DNA from: Trichoplax adhaerens
Lineage: Eukaryota; Animalia; Placozoa
Length of the DNA stretch: 64,000 nucleotides
Direction: 5' to 3'
NCBI RefSeq assembly: GCF_000150275.1
Contig: NW_002060959.1
Location: 866,371-930,370 of the forward strand
In this document: positions 11,472 through 24,965 of the stretch, one piece after another
Layout of the letters: every line of letters begins with the position of its first letter
Position numbering within the stretch: position 1 is the first letter of the stretch
The notes under the pieces: generated by a model
Databases searched by the model: none
Told to the model about the DNA's origin: nothing
Seen by the model: the letters and a program-made list of their open reading frames with translations, nothing else
Translations under genes and position numbers: made by a program

Positions 11472-13320
11472 GGTGCTCTTGCATCAGTCCAGCCGTCCGC
11501 CTGGACGAGACGATTGGACTCAGTCGACTCGTCCACTACTGTCCACTAACTGTCCACTTGTCCACTTGTCCAGTGGCCTTGCATCAGTCCAGCCGTCCGC
11601 CTGGACGAGACGATGGGACTCAGTCGACTCGTCCACTACTGTCCACTAAAACTGTCCACTTGTCCAGTGGCCTTGCATCAGTCCAGCCGTCCGCCTGGAC
11701 GAGACGACTGAGTCCACTGGTGTCCACTACTGTCCACTACAGGACTGTCTACTCAGTGTCCAGTGGCCTTGCATCAGTCCAGCCGTCCGCCTGGACGAGT
11801 CGACTGAGTCCACTGGTGTCCACTACTGTCCACTACAGGACTGTCCAGTGTCCAGTGGCCTTGCACCAGTCCAGCCGTCCGCCTGGACGAGACGATTGGA
11901 CTCAGTCGACTCGTCCACTACCGTCCACTAACTGTCCAGTGGCCTTGCATCAGTCCAGCCGTCCGCCTGGACGAGACGACTGAGTCCACTGGTGTCCACT
12001 ACTGTCCACTAGTACTGTGGACGTTAGCCAGTTTTAATGAACGAACGTACGAACGTCCAATTTGAACGTCGGACGTTCATTGAACGTACAGTACCAACGT
12101 ACACAGTGTACAGTGTTAACACTACAGTATATACATAGTGTACAGTACACTGTACTGAAAGTGTTTGTAAAAGACGTTTGTACTACTGTACTGTATGTAC
12201 TGTATAGTATTGGGGTGGGATTATACAAACTGACTGTACAGTACTGTACACTGTACACTGTACACTGTACAGTACAGTTCGTCGACGTCCGATCTGACAA
12301 CGAACGTACATACCGAACGTCCAAAATCGAACGTCCGTTGGACGTCCAATCGCTCGACGTCTACAGCACTACTGTCCACTACAGGACTGTCTACTCAGTG
12401 TCCAGTGGCCTTGCATCAGTCCAGCCGTCCGCCTGGACGAGTCGACTGAGTCCACTGGTGTCCACTACTGTCCACTACAGGACTGTCCAGTGTCCAGTGG
12501 CCTTGCACCAGTCCAGCCGTCCGCCTGGACGAGACGATTGGACTCAGTCGCCTCGTCCACTACTGTCCACTAACTGTCCACTGGCCTTGCATCAGTCCAG
12601 CGTCCGCCTGGACGAGACGATTGGACTCAGTCGACTCGTCCACTACTGTCCACTAAAACTGTCCACTTGTCCAGTGGCCTTGCATCAGTCCAGCCGTCCG
12701 CCTGGACGAGACGACTGAGTCCACTGGTGTCCACTACTGTCCACTACAGGACTGTCCACTCAGTGTCCAGTGGCCTTGCATCAGTCCAGCCGTCCGCCTG
12801 GTCGAGTCGACTGAGTCCACTGGTGTCTACTACTGTCCAGTGTCCACTACAGGACTGTCCAGTGTCCAGTGGCCTTGCATCAGTCCAGCCGTCCGCCTGG
12901 ACGAGACGATTGGACTCAGTCGACTCGTCCACTACTGTCCATTAAAAACTGTCCACTTGTCCAGTGGCCTTGCATCAGTCCAGCCGTCCGCCTGGACGAG
13001 ACGACTGAGTCCACTGGTGTCCACTACTGTCCACTACAAGTGGCCTTGCATCAGTCCAGCCGTCCGCCTGGACGAGACGACTGAGTCCACTGGTGTCCAC
13101 TACTGTCCACTACAAGTGGCCTTGCATCAGTCCAGCCGTCCGCCTGGACGAGACGACTGAGTCCACTGGTGTCCACTACTGTCCACTACAAGTGGCCTTG
13201 CATCAGTCCAGCCGTCCGCCTGGACGAGTCGACTGAGTCCACTGGTGTCCACTACAGTGTCCACTACAGGACTGTCCAGTGTCCAGTGGCCTTGCATCAG
13301 TCCAGCCGTCCGCCTGGACT
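11472..13320. repeat. GC-rich complex tandem array of 17 units (76-100 bp) with a conserved core, two linker types and higher-order organisation
   Basis: The core gcatcagtccagccgtccgcctgga starts at 11481, 11581, 11675, 11771, 11863, 11947, 12413, 12505, 12589, 12682, 12778, 12877, 12972, 13048, 13124, 13200 and 13294. Linker A is ttggactcagtcgactcgtccac... and linker B is ctgagtccactggtgtccac.... Confidence 0.97.
12012..12366. mobile_element. 355-bp non-coding insert (MITE-like) inside the array, flanked by a 15-bp direct duplication
   Basis: cactactgtccacta occurs at 11997-12011 and 12367-12381. Removing the insert plus one copy restores a 96-bp unit matching unit 3. Imperfect inverted termini are ctgtggacgt (12015-12024) and acgtctacag (12357-12366). 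Mobility is inferred. Confidence 0.45.
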
Positions 13321-13695
13321 AAACTGGCCCTTGGTTGCACCTTTATAACAGTACTGGAGTCAGCAGTGGGACAGTTATTGGTCCGAGTGGCAGTGGGGGT
13401 AAAGGCCAAATTGTTGATCAATAATTGTGATTATTGTTGTGAACTTTCTTCTTTCTCTCTTTTGCATCCATCCAGTGGATCAGCTTGACGACTGTCTACC
13501 TTGATTGGCGCTTTCAAGAGGGAAAAACCAAGGAGTGTTGCTTGCTATTGAGAGTGGAGAGTAATGCAAATGCCTTTCCAGTCAATTGATTGGTAGATTG
13601 GAGAGAGAGTAGACTGCTGCTACAACGTCCATTAGTGCAAGAGGAAAATTGTTCTCCATCTTAATTGCCTCTCTTTGACTGCAAAAGTCCAAGCC

Positions 13696-16600
13696 ATGGC
13701 TGCAGCTGGTGTCAGTAATCGCTATTTCTCGCTCCAGCCCAATGAAGATCCACAGAAAATGCCTCTAAGGGAGAAAGTCATTAAGATTTACGAGTCATTA
13801 CTAGAAGTAAGTCATCATCCATCCAATTCTAGTCATGACCATGCTACTCCATAGGTGTACAACCTTGTTATTTTCATCTTTAGCCTGCAAAAGCTAAAAT
13901 GCCCAACGTTCTCAATCAGTCTCCACTGTTTGGGGGGGGTTTATTTTTTTTCAATTCTCCTTCTTCTACTTTACAAATCAATCGACCAGCTTAGTGTACT
14001 AGGATGCATTTCTATCTCAGGCCTTCACATCCATTCATCTGTGCCTCCTTGATTCTCCCTTGTCCATCATACAGATCAGATCAAGTGAGCTAATCGATGG
14101 TCATCGTCTTGATCATCATCAAAGCCAACATGGCCATCGATCATACCAAAGTCAATAAATCATCAACGATAGTACACACGGTATCATAGCCCATTCATCC
14201 ATATTTCTTAGCAGCGCTATTTCTTCACATTTCTAGCAAATCACCGTCAAATATCATACAGGAGAAAACCATCACTTTCAATTTTCGACTCCTTGATAAT
14301 CCTCATCCATTCCTCTTGCTATACACGTCGATTGCGATAATCACTAGGCTACCAACTAAAATGATGACGGTCCAAATTCTCAATAGCGATAGTTGTACTT
14401 ACCCTTACTCCGTACTATCTCCAACGATTACTCTTGCTATTCTTGTACAAAGAGAATCATGGCTATCCTATCCAGTTCTCATGATACAATCGCATCTGTA
14501 GCAAGTCAGTCATAAACTATGCACACTATGTTGCACTTGCTACCACCAAAAATGGACCTATCGACATTGATTTGAAGTACAAATCGATCATCAGTGAGAC
14601 ATCGCTACTGTCGTCTATCTCTAAATGACAATCTTAACTTACAGAAAGTACTTCTTCTACTCAAAAGACTTGTAGAATGGTCTGTACAGACATCTTAACA
14701 TGTAGACAAACGTAATAATGAATCATCAATAGCCAGTCGCTGCTGACTATCAACGCCTGTACTTTCAGTTTGCTCTTCATTTCCACATCGACAGTAGCCA
14801 TGATTCTCCAATCGATCCAATCAATTGCTAACTTCTATCCGACATGATGTTCAATTTGTTTGATTCAAACAGAGAAAACAAGGAGCATTGACATCTTTGC
14901 TCAGCCATTTCTTCATCCATATTACATCATCGACATCCATGCCATGCCATCCAAAGTTGTACGAAAATGAGGCACCTTTCAATTCTATTGTTGTTCATTA
15001 GATTGATTGATTTTATCCATATCCTATACTGTACAACAACAATCAGCATCACTGGTCGTTTCCTCATAATCCTCTTTTAATTACTTGTCATCATCTGATC
15101 AATCGATTGATGGTATACGTAGAATTGCTGTAGACGATAGCCGTCAAGCTCTTGCCTAACTCCTTGGCTACTTCATACCAGTTGTTGTTGAAAATACAGT
15201 ATGCATGCTTCGACATCAACTGTACTAAAGTGTACAACGAGAACAGAAATGGATCAAGGACGACGACACGACTAATATTATTGTACAGGATTCAAAATTG
15301 CGGCCAAATTTTCTCAATTGACTGCGTACAGTATTTACTCGTGATAACACTGTGCAATCTCATCCTTACCGTTATCGTTACTATTGCAACTACCATGAAA
15401 ACGATCTCCATTAAATATCAAAGCCTCTTGCTCAGTTCAAATCATGTTTCCAAGTTGAGTGGACAATATCGGTTAGTCCATGTATAAAAATATCGGTAAT
15501 CATGCTATACTATTTTCGTTCTACCTGATAATCACTAGTCCTAAATGGGTATACTGTACAGCAAAAAAACAATTTCCACTGACTACCCTTGTCTACCTTT
15601 TGAAGTAGCCTACGTCCATTACAAATATCCGCTACAGCACGTTTTAATCATCGAGGAGACCATCGTTAATTAAGAAATGATGTCATCAACATTTTTTCAC
15701 AAACTGTATAGCTACTATAGTACAACTGTGACAACATTAGAATAACTACAGCTGCTCCATTCCTTGCCATTGAACTATCAATTATCCAGGCATGCAAAAT
15801 AAAATAAGAGATGGATAGCACAACTTTATTCTTGCCTCTGTCTTGTCAATCCATACTACTCAAAAATAAATTCCATCGCCGTCATCCTACCTACAGTACA
15901 GTACTAAATATAAAAATACGTGTAGAATGATAAAGTTGTAGAGCAAGCGGAGTGATTAACATCCTATAAAAGGATGGATCTTCTCTTACGATAACAAGAA
16001 CTAGACGCTTGCTGATGGTATAAATGGACAACCAATAGAAATAGAATCAGGGATACAGAAATAGGTAGCTTACTATTTCAATTGAGGAACCACAATTTTG
16101 AAGAGACTAAAGATGTCGCTACTTTTCACTCTACTGTACATATTGTATATTAATTTCTGGTACTATTCTATAATGTACGTGTAGGGAGACGATCTACCAC
16201 AAGAAAAGATCAATTTTTGGGACGAATTCTTCCTTCTTAAGGTATTTGGAATTCGATGCTGTTTGAATATCATACCAATAATTGAACAGTATGAAGAAAG
16301 TATCCCATCAATCTCATTTTCCATCCTTGAAAATACAACTCATCATTTTTGACTTGTAATGCTATTGTAGTATACGAATAATAAAAAATAATTAATTAAA
16401 AGTAGAATAATGTCAGTATTGTATTTTAGTAGACGTTATTATATTGGTTTCTCTAAGTAAGAAGATCATTTTTATGTTTCAATTTATTGTATAATATACA
16501 CTATAGGATAAGACTACTTTTGTAATCATAAAGACATAAACTACACGTAGATTAAAATCAACTTCTGTATATAACTTCTTGTAGAATATAAGCTATAGGA

Positions 16601-19600
16601 TAAGACTACTTTTGTAATCATAAAGACATAAACTACACGTAGATTAAAATCAACTTCTGTATATAACTTCTTATAGAATATAAGCTATAGGATAAGACTA
16701 CTTTTGTAATCATAAAGACATAAACTACACGTAGATTAAAATCAACTTCTGTATATAACTTCTTGTAGAATATATGCTATAGGATAAGACTACTTTTGTA
16801 ATCATAAAGACATAAACTACACGTAGATTAAAATCAACTTCTGTATATAACTTCTTGTAGAATATACGCTATAGGATAAGACTACTTTTGTAATCATAAA
16901 GACATAAACTACACGTAGATTAAAATCAACTTCTGTATAACGCGAGTCTTATAGTAATTATATTCAGTTTTGATTGCAATTACTGTCTCTACCAAAACCT
17001 GGATGACATTAATTTATCAAAGATCATTTTCCTATCCTAATTTAAGATAAATATTGACGATATCAATCTTTTATGACGAAACTAGGCTAACGTGGTCTTC
17101 CTTGAATCAACCATTGATAATTATCATGAAAGTAAACTTATACAGAAGAAAGTAAGTTGCAATGTGCTCATACATTACAAATTGAAATCAGAAATTGCAC
17201 CAGACTACTGAGCAAACTTCTGTCAAAATTTTTTCCTCATTTTACAGTTAATAAAGGAAAGTGTTGATTGCTGAGTTATTATCTTTTTGTAATATAGGGT
17301 ATCATCAATTTTCTTTTCGCTCGCTGTTGTGATGTACTAAAAGGAACGAGTTGGATAAGAATGACAAATTCACTACAGGTTTGCCATTCTTACCAATACT
17401 CTTGTAGTAGATTACTTAATTGCATCATTTTTCCCCTTATTGTATTCCATTTTCATTATAAAATTAATTGAAAATAAAATATCTCTATAGATGCTATCCT
17501 AATTACAGTTCATCGCAATACCTAAATACTAACACAAAATCGAATTGACTCGATATAACAGACAATTTGCGCTCTAGTTCGTTCCATTTACCGAAAAAAA
17601 TTATCCAATTTCGGATTTGACATCATCGATATTTTGATTGGATTTGATGAATCGGAAGTTAGAATGCAAGTACGAATAAGTTCCTAGCATCTTTAATTGA
17701 GCAGCTTATTGACACTATAGTAATTGTATAGTTGTCCTATCTATCTTACCTCTAAATTTGCTAATAATCAATCACTTTTTTGCATAGAATATGCTACATA
17801 GCATTCAGAGTATTTTACTTGGAGCATTCCCAGGTTAGCATTGTACCGTATCAACAGTCTGTGCTAAGACGTTAAATCCCATTATACCTAAAAAAATACT
17901 GATTTGTATATGGCTAAGCGTTACATCCGTGTGTTGAACCTCATCGTAACTATTGCTTGTTTCATGATATGACAGTTAGCCTGCAGAATTTGAGCCTCAA
18001 GCTTCTACTTATCTTGTCAACGGTCAGTACAATGAATCTTTTCTGATATTTTATGAACGTTAAGAATTGTATTTGGTATCTCAGTTACCAGCACGCTTTC
18101 GTTTTATTGCGTAACATCGGAATGACTGTTCATTGATGACGGCCTAACTTGACTTTGTATCTCAACATTGCGTAGGGAAGAGATAATGTCAGCCAAAATA
18201 CTATGGTTGAATATTTAATGTTGAATAACCTATTTGATTGTTTCATGAATGTAAGTTATGCATATTAAATAACTATTAAGAATGTCTTATTTGCAATTCC
18301 AACACCAACCAGGATTAGTAATTAAGAATACCTAGAGGGATGGAGTCTTTGCTAATATAACCAAACGATATGATTCCATAGATACTTGCTAATCCAAAAT
18401 TGCGACGGCATCTTGGCTATGATACACTTCTCCTGCTAGGAATATTAATGAATTACAGAAAATATGACGTATGTATTAAGATAGAGATTCTATAAACCAG
18501 CGAAACAAAATTTACATCGATAAAGCTAAATCATCCATTGTCTTATACTCTCTTGGCTACTTAGACATCCAATGTATATTTGCTAAAGCTGTCTGCGCTT
18601 GATGATGAAGTAGCTCTTCGTGTATGTACCTATTTTGGTATCTATTGAACACTTTGATTGAGCTTCTATGTACTAATCTTACGTTTAAACAAATTATTAG
18701 GGTATGGGAGCAATCCTGTATAATATGTTGTCCAATAGATGCAGGTTAGACTTCTATTTCCCCTTGCTAAACTTTATGTAGAATAAAATTTAACAAATTT
18801 AATAACGTTAGCGATTTCGAAAATTCTGTCGTTGAAAATTCCGGAGGAATGCTTTCACAAATAACTGGTCTGGTAAGAAACGTAGTTCTACTTTATTTAG
18901 CAATTGCTTGTACTGTCAATGCAAAAATTAATAGAAATTATTATGTTACGTCAAACAACAGATTGGTAGTCTATTCGTAAGCGAAGATTCCGATATTGAC
19001 TACAGTTTAAGGTAGGATTTGTGTCCTCTATTCGATGTATCTCGATTTTAGTTCATTTTTCATTCGAAAATTTTATCATCACCATTGTAGAACAAATGAA
19101 GGATTAATATTAGCCTTGTATCAAGTCATTCATCAAAACCGAAATTTCATGACTGTCCTGTGCCATGTATGACCTTGTTTGAATTTTGAATAATTCAATT
19201 ATGACAATTTTTGCTTCATCTTAGAATAACTTTAAAAAATCCTTTACGCAATTAGAGTCACGATAAATCGTCCAATGAAGAAGTTCCCAAATACTCTACT
19301 CCTTTAGTAGTACCACAGCTTGGATCTTTAGGTATTTACCGATACTTACTACTCTAAGATTTTAAAGGTCTATCAATTATTGAAATTCGAACTCCATATA
19401 TTCCTAAAATTTTGTCGACAGTTACCCCATCGATGTCCGCTGTACCTGAATCACATATTCCTGCTAATGTATTATGCTCATTTTTAACCTCTATATCTAT
19501 CATTACTCGTCAGTTTAAAGGTAAGTATAAAATTTCTTTTTCAGTCCTTGTTTACTGTTATCCATTTATTTATCTTCATTTGCCTATTTCTATGTTCCCT

Positions 19601-21651
19601 AATTATTACAGACGCTCACCAGCGCAATATAGCGAAACTTTGTTTTATTACTCTCAACTGCTTAGTAGAGGTTAGTTTACCATGCTATAAATAATGTGTG
19701 TTCATTATTCGCCTCATCTAATTATTGCATACTTTGCTATACCATAATTGTAATAAGTTTTATTTCTCATAAAGGATCAATATGCTAATGCCTATTTTCA
19801 TGATACCAACATCCAATTTGCAGTCAATATCTATAAAGCAGTACGTCATAATAATGATAATAACATTTTTTTATTTTTATGTCAAGTATAAAGTTTGATG
19901 TAATGCACCGCCGTCACTAATAATTATACCAAATGATTTTTTGCAGCCTATGCGTCATAGAAAAGAAGTAGTGAATAAAATTGCAACGCCTAATTCTCTA
20001 GCTTGTGCTATTCTAGGTAGGATGTCTGAGATGAATTATTGTATTATCTTTTCACTGCATAACTTGTATGCTGGTATTTCGATTTATAAATAGTATCAAA
20101 TTATATTTTACTTCAGATTTAATGACTGAGTTTATTGCAAGTCATCTGGTAAAAAAGTTACCCACGGATCTTTACGGGTAATGACTTGGCAGTAATGCAT
20201 AGATTCATTCTTTAACTAATTATCAATCAGTTTATGTCACAGATTCTAATTCTCGATTCGTACAGCAAGTTAATGCTAGCTTAATTATCATAGATTCGCA
20301 GTAGGTATAATCCGTCGTTTGATCAGTTATCAAAAGAAGCACAGGATACGTTTGAATTACGATTGGCAGCCTCTTTGGACCGGTTCGTTTAGACAAAAAA
20401 TAAATATTTTCACTTATTTATCATCAATTAATCATTTTATTTGCAAATTTCTTGGGGGTGAGTAGTAATTTGGAGATCAAAGCTGACTATAATTTTTTCC
20501 ATAATTTTATTGCAGCTCTCATCTACTTAATAAAATTTCTACTTAGCAATGAAGCAACTTTAATCGCTAAAGCTGACATCTTTGCAACTATATTAGAGGT
20601 AAGGTACAAGCGTCTTATCCGCAGCGGCAGCAGCTTATTTTACTCAAATGCTCTCATTAATACATCGACACAAACATTCGCATTTTATTAGGTACATTAA
20701 CGCAGCTAATTATTGAGTTATTGGTAAATAATCATTTAATTCAAATTTCTAGGCATTAACCATATTCAACTTGTTCATCACATATGGTGATACATTCTTA
20801 CCTAATCCAAAGGAATATGATGAGCTTTATTATGAAATTATTAGAATGCATCAAGTGTTTGATAACGTTCATTCTATGTGTAAGCTATAAGTAAATATTA
20901 TAATCGAATGATTATTAGATGTCGCCTGAATTTTTTATTGTTTTATTAAAATATAAAGCTTTACGTCATACAAATGAAAATGGTATTTGGAAAGAATCAT
21001 CTACAAAAGTAACTCGCGCTCTTGTCAATATTAGGTAAGATCTTGCAAACTATAGCGTTATTGCCTTGGAACTAACGCTACAATTACAGTAATCACCTGC
21101 TTTGCTTACTAGGTCAATCATCAGCCACTTTACATTGAAAATCGACTATTTCTCTGCCTCACATGATGGTCAAAGTCTCACTTCAGAACAGGTGTTGCAG
21201 ATGTTTTAATGCATTTCATTGCTTTTATACAGGTAGTTCATGACACTGTTGATTTGCTATGTTAACATTTCTTCGTCTACAATTTAAACTCAGGTACTAT
21301 CTGTAGTTCGAAACAATTATGACAGTCTTACCTTAAAACTACAAGATTCTTTGGACCAGTTTGAAAGATATGCGGAAAAGCCAAAACATACATCATTTTT
21401 CACTCAACTAGTACGTAAATTAAATCGGCCTACTATCAGTATAATTATACTACGCATGCTATTAACGAAATGGCACAACAGGTTGAATATTATTTTTACG
21501 AAACAATGATGAGCCTAAAATTTGTACTTTCCAATAATAAATTTTATAGGTTCGATCAATCACTTCAGCTGTCCGTAGAACAATTCCATTAGCAAATCTT
21601 GACTATCAGCTGCTATTAGAAGAATATTCCAGCTTGGAAACGGATCGTTAG
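13696..21651 (+). CDS. ARMH3: Armadillo-like helical domain-containing protein 3 (C10orf76, DUF1741), Golgi PI4KB partner; many exons
   Basis: Exon 1 at 13696-13806 encodes [37 protein letters not shown]. Later exons encode [143 protein letters not shown] and [26 protein letters not shown]. Stop TAG at 21649-21651. Confidence 0.93.
16501..16939 (+). repeat. 92-bp tandem repeat, about 4.8 near-identical copies, in ARMH3 intron 2
   Basis: The unit beginning ctataggataagactacttttgtaatc starts at 16501, 16593, 16685, 16777 and 16869. Confidence 0.97.
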
Positions 21652-24600
21652 TGATACCGGATTAGTACGCCATTTTCCAGATTACCGATACAGGCTCAAT
21701 TAAGCCTAGCAAGTAAATGTGCAGATAAAACGTCACTAATGTAAATACAATTTTCAATATGATAAAAACATATTGGTTATTTTATCAGCATTTACATTAA
21801 TTTATAAATTACTATGATACGAGAAATTACAATTGAGTATCCATATTTAAATATTGTATTCATACTGAAGCAATTTACAAATTTACTTTAACGGACTGTA
21901 TGTATAGTATTACTAATCCATACAAGACGTGAAAAAAATTGTATACTGCTTGTATTACCTATCGATTTTTACTAAGCTTTGAGATACTATGTTACCTAGT
22001 TCTCTTTATGCTGAATGCATTGATGATCAATTTCTAAATGACAAGGCTTATTATTATCGAGCAGGCAACATGTATCATACGGCACTATTAATATTTGGTT
22101 TAGAAGATAATAATAGCAGCATATAATTGTAACTAATTGGTTACTGTAGTTATTTAGAGATTGTGGCACTCGGCGATATCGCTTATAAAATTTGTTGAAG
22201 ACGATTTCGGATAATATAATTGCCGGTTTATCTCTATAGTATATTAATATTTCTAAGTAGCTTTTAGGAAATATGATCAGCAAGTAATTTATATGCATTT
22301 GTTTATTTACTGCATCAAGATAACTTGCACAGAATAGTTTTTCCTTATACGCGTACATGCAATTAGGGCGGTACGCATAACTATGCAGCACTGAGGATAT
22401 AACATTGACTGCTAGTCATTTACAAGTAAATTTTCGTAATAAACTACGCGTTAATATCTTCTCTTTATTTATTATCAGTTTAATTGATAGATTTGATTGT
22501 CTTTGATAGAAACAGCTTTTACAAATTTACAACCGTACAACTCATTCAAACTTAACAGCTCAGTAATTATTTCACAAAACTCCTAGTATGACAATAATAG
22601 TAATTAAGGTATAACAATGATTATTTTGAGTGTGTAATTTACTAATAGCGACGGGAGATATTTCAGCACTACTTTTAATTACTCAAGATATGACGAGACA
22701 GTTTGGATGGAATTTAGATCTAATTATTTGTATAGATCAACTAGTTATATGACTATGTATTACTTGCTATTCCTTATATCCGTAGTAATTTATCGAAGCG
22801 GTACCCTGCTAAGACGTACCATTGTAAGAGTATGTATCATTTATTACGCATATACTAGTTGTACTTCACATACATGTATGTAGAAAATCAGCGTAGTATT
22901 GATATTTCATAGAAGACTGTAACTAGATTCGTTACTATTTATTAAGTATGATATTCTCTGTAGCATTGTAACTAAGTCGCTCACTGGTATTAAAGCTACT
23001 AATAAGAAATATGAAAAGTCGTGATCATGGCTGACAGCTAGCTCCGATAGTTATCAAAGATGAGATTAAAATTTGTAAGAGTTCTTATTATGAAGGATAT
23101 GCAGTAAATTTATCCTTGTTTTGAATTTTTTTCATTACGTAAACTCTATATTAATACGACCGACCACTTTGCACAATTCTTCAAAGTCAGCACCGTGGCT
23201 TAATCTTTATCGTAACCTGACGACCTATAAATATCTCGATAATATAGCTAACGATATATGTCTGATATTGTTTCTTCCATTCCACTGTATCTCGACTTAT
23301 TTTCAAATATCATAGAATAATTAATCCAAAAAGTAACAAATACAAAAATACAGTACGCGCCTACGCGGAATATCACGAGCGAGAGTTCGACTAGTCAGCA
23401 TAAAAGTAAAGACAATATTATGGAGTGTAAGGAAATTAATAGTATGCACGCGACCCTAAACCGTACTACAACTGTAAACAACCTAAAATGAATTTATGCT
23501 AATGTCAATAAATTATTTAATTAACATGAAGTATTTACTAAATTTGGATGAATTTACATTATCTGAGTCGCTTAGCACTGAGTATATTGTATGCATTAAT
23601 GCATATATGAATTTTTCTGGTTATTATATACTATACTACGTGTAGATCAAACTAGTAATCAACGTTAGAAGGTGAACTTTAATTATGGGTATCTGTTCCC
23701 AAAAAAGAATACCGTATAGACCAAGATATCTAAAGACATCATTCGTAAATGCAAATAAAATGCTACTTTTTCAATTTCACACATCGATATCGGCTAATAT
23801 ATTTAGTACAAGGGTAGGCTCATAATATTCGTGCCTGCCAATTTAGCTGACTATTTATATATTTAGTTGTGACCAAACTATTGATGTAAACATCCGGTTC
23901 CATGATGTTATATTAGCAAACAACTTCAATTGAAGCTATAAACATATTTTGAAATCCTTTTCGAACCTACATGTTTATACGTATTTGATTTCAATTGCCT
24001 CGTTATGTCAATTATGAGCGGTAGTACGGTAAAAAAAACTTCATGCATAGTTATTAGACTGGCATTACGTTTGAAAGCTATCAGAATGAGGTTGTAATGT
24101 AAAGATAGTATAAATAGAATTCTTAATTTTTTTATCACTTTTCAATTTTTAAGACTAATCAATTACCTATTTTTCATCTTCTTGTAGTGAATAGCATAAG
24201 ATTATTTGTATATCTTTACTAGGGTATAAATAAATAACTCTGCTTTAAATACTCTCTGCGCAGACCCACATCAGCAGGATACTACAAACTAATTTCTTAT
24301 GTTATGTTAAATTATTTGCCAACGAATTTACCCGGTACATTTATTATCAAATGAATTGCAACCAGATAATATGTAAACTGGTACAGTATTAGCGCATTAA
24401 TAACATAACCCATGCATAAGAAGTGCACAATATATTTATCGTCTATAACAATATTCATTTCAGATAGACTAAAACATCAATTGATCGTTAAATTATGATT
24501 ATCAATTTCCTTTAAATTGGTAAGCATTGGCTTAGAAATACGTTACAACTTCAGAATATGGCTTACTGAATAATTCATTATCTGCATACTGTTAAGAATC

Positions 24601-24965
24601 AAGTTTTGATTTATTATTGCATAAGATACCTAAACCAGTGTACAACACCATTTAGTCTGATGATTTACTCCCAGATAAAGAAAGATCTAACAAATTAAAG
24701 TTCAATTTGCTTTTGACATTACTACATGATTGTTGAGATTAATATGCTAGACGTTTGCGATCAATCATCAATTTTAATTCTTCAGGCGTCTCTCACTCTT
24801 CAAGCTTTCAAGGAATTTCGTAGCTCGAACTATAAGACGAAGTGAAATTAATCAAAAACAATTCAGACATAGGAATTAGCTAGTCATTACTTTATATAGT
24901 AAATAGTAAAAAATTCGAATAATTAGTAAAAAATCAATCCAATTTGCAACGTATTACTTTTCGTC

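Noticed and set aside
11472-13320. CRISPR array (conserved hairpin repeat with intervening sequences)
   Set aside because: The spacers are not unique but belong to two recurring, mutually related types. There are no cas genes and the context is eukaryotic and intron-rich.
11472-13320. Tandem hammerhead ribozyme or retrozyme
   Set aside because: The minus strand has CTGATGC rather than CTGANGA, and there is no appropriately placed GAAA core.
11067-13488. ORFs of 60-218 aa overlapping the repeat array
   Set aside because: They are by-products of stop-poor GC-rich repeats, mostly start at non-ATG codons, occur in several frames on both strands, and show no recognisable domain.
21996-22391. 131-aa minus-strand ORF downstream of ARMH3
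   Set aside because: It has a non-ATG start, its composition is typical of AT-rich non-coding DNA, and it shows no motif or exon structure.
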